Of a DNA stretch of 40,453 bases, positions 38,807 through 40,453 are shown piece by piece. Each line of letters starts with the position of its first letter. The first letter of the stretch is position 1. The stretch covers positions 1-40,453 of the forward strand of contig JBMFSH010000024.1 of assembly GCA_049967655.1 (NCBI GenBank), given 5' to 3'. The DNA is from Acidobacteriota bacterium (GTDB lineage Bacteria > Acidobacteriota > UBA4820 > DSQY01). Made by a program: the position numbers and the translations under genes. The notes beneath the pieces were generated by a model. It did no database searches and was not told the DNA's origin. It saw only the letters and a list, made by a program, of their open reading frames with translations.

Positions 38807-40171
38807 GTGGATGTAAAACGGCGGGTCGCCATCACCTCGGTCGTAGCGGCCCTGTTTCTGACCGGGACCAAGCTGACCGTGGGGCTCCTGACGGGGAGCC
38901 TGGGCATCCTGTCGGAGGCGGCCCACTCGGGCCTTGATCTGCTGGCGGCGGGCATGACCTGGTGGGCCGTGCACGTCTCCGACCGGCCGCCCGACGCGGA
39001 CCACCCGTACGGCCACGAGAAGATCGAGAACATCTCGGCCCTCTTCGAGACGCTCCTCCTGCTGGTGACGTGCGTCTGGATCATCTCCGAGGCGGTGCAC
39101 CGGCTCTTCTTCAAAGCCGTTCAGATCGAGGTCAACGCCTGGAGCTACGGCGTCGTGGTTCTGGCCATCGTGATCGACCTGTCGCGGAGCACGGCGCTGA
39201 GCCGGGTGGCCAAGAGGACCCGCAGCGCGGCGCTGGAGGCCGACGCCCTCCACTTCTCCAGCGACGTCTTCAGCTCGCTGGTGGTCCTGGTGGGACTGGC
39301 GAGCACGCAGCTTGGCTATCCCCAGGCCGACCCGATCGCCGCGCTGGGTGTCTCCGCCTTCGTCATCTGGATCTCCGTGAGGCTCGGGAAGAGGGCCGTG
39401 CAGGCCCTCACGGACTGGGTGCCCGAGGACCACGTGGAGAGGGCGGAGCGGACAGCCCTGGCGGTGCCGGGGGTGAGGCGGGCCTACGACGTGCGGGTGC
39501 GCCAGGCCGGGGCCAAGCATTTCGTGGACCTCAAGGTGGCGGTGGACCGCGGCACCGGCTTCGCCGACGCCCACCGCATCACCGAGGCGGTCGAGGCGGC
39601 CCTGCGCGAGGCGTTCAAGGAGGCCAACGTGCTGGTGCACGCCGAGCCCGACGAGCGACAGCCCGCGGGCTTGACGGAGGAGATCTTCCGATTGAGCTCG
39701 GCGGCCGGGGCGAGCGCCCACGCCCTTCAGATCAACCGCACGGACGGGGGGCTAGAGGTGCAGATGCACCTGGAGTGGCCCTGCGACAAGGACTTCACCG
39801 AGGCCCACCGGAGCGCCACGCAGGTGGAGGAATCCCTGAGGCGAAGCTTTCCGGCCATCCGGATCCTCCAGACCCACCTGGAGTGCCCCAGGAGCCAGGC
39901 TCCGGAGCGCGTCGAGGTGACGGGAGACCATCCCGCCATCATCCGGTCGGTGAACGAAGCGGCCCTCTCGGAGAGGGGGGTGACCGCCTGCCGTGAAGTG
40001 CACCTGCTGGAGGGGGAGGACCGGTGGTGGCTCTCCCTGACCTGCGTCATCTCTCCCCACCAGACGCTGCAACAGGCCCACCAACAGGCCACGCGCATCG
40101 AGGAGCGGGTGCGGGCGGTCTCGGAGCGCATCGCGGCCGTCAGCGTGCACACCGAACCCGGCGAGATGTAG
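38807..40171 (+). CDS. Cation diffusion facilitator (FieF-like) with three tandem C-terminal ZT-dimer domains
   Basis: SEAAHSGLD, PPDADHPYGHEKIE, ADALHFSSD, ADP. Three repeats of AH...VE/IE...VH/TH.E. Extended -10 TGGTATACT at 38772-38780; GTG start with GGAGG RBS. Confidence 0.92.
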   Translation: MDVKRRVAITSVVAALFLTGTKLTVGLLTGSLGILSEAAHSGLDLLAAGMTWWAVHVSDRPPDADHPYGHEKIENISALFETLLLLVTCVWIISEAVHRLFFKAVQIEVNAWSYGVVVLAIVIDLSRSTALSRVAKRTRSAALEADALHFSSDVFSSLVVLVGLASTQLGYPQADPIAALGVSAFVIWISVRLGKRAVQALTDWVPEDHVERAERTALAVPGVRRAYDVRVRQAGAKHFVDLKVAVDRGTGFADAHRITEAVEAALREAFKEANVLVHAEPDERQPAGLTEEIFRLSSAAGASAHALQINRTDGGLEVQMHLEWPCDKDFTEAHRSATQVEESLRRSFPAIRILQTHLECPRSQAPERVEVTGDHPAIIRSVNEAALSERGVTACREVHLLEGEDRWWLSLTCVISPHQTLQQAHQQATRIEERVRAVSERIAAVSVHTEPGEM

Positions 40172-40453
40172 CCCGTTCCGCCGGGGCGGCCGGTGCGGAC
40201 GGTTGTTCCTTCGCGCCCTCATCCAGAGGCGCCTATCGCCTATGCCCCCAAATTCCGCGATGGAAACGCGAGTGCCTCCGGCTACGGCTCGGGTTCACGG
40301 GAGAAAGGCGTTATCTCCTGAACGGGGAGGGCCATGGCCTTGCCGCCCCGAACCGCGAGCTAAGCCCGGCGGTTCGGGAGATTGCCCTGCGGGGCCCCAC
40401 CCCACGGGCAAAGCCCGATGGGGCCCCACCTCTCCCTTGGCGCACTCTTCGCC

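Overview
High-GC bacterial chromosomal segment. Gene content (FecR/DUF6600, DUF4388, DUF4390-ntrY-ntrX, MglA, futalosine pathway mqnE) suggests Acidobacteriota or a related diderm; this is inference only. Positions 1-~1900 are the right end of an integrative element inserted at tRNA-Arg(CCG): a relaxase-like C-terminus followed by a tyrosine integrase whose ORF runs through its own att arm and stops inside the antisense of the host tRNA. The rest is mostly housekeeping and signalling. In order: tRNA-His, DUF4388, HIT, MBL hydrolase, radical SAM, RNase Y, mqnE, a sigma54-driven FecR/DUF6600 gene, then a cluster encoding a helical-repeat/pseudokinase/kinase protein, PIN-PhoH, DUF4390, NtrY, NtrX and an orphan long-tailed MglA GTPase. 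These are followed by uppS-cdsA-dxr-rseP, 2Fe-2S protein, degenerate crotonase, acyl-CoA dehydrogenase, degenerate GGDEF, tRNA-Sec, nadB, biotin carboxylase and BCCP, HU, MOFRL kinase, hemW, a HasA/NodC-like GT2, aldo/keto reductase, tRNA-Arg(TCT) and a CDF transporter with three C-terminal domains. No CRISPR array, rRNA or transposase was seen. The best candidates for something new are the pseudokinase-kinase/PhoH/NtrYX/MglA cluster and the att-encoded integrase tail. All calls come from reading motifs by eye; no database search was run.
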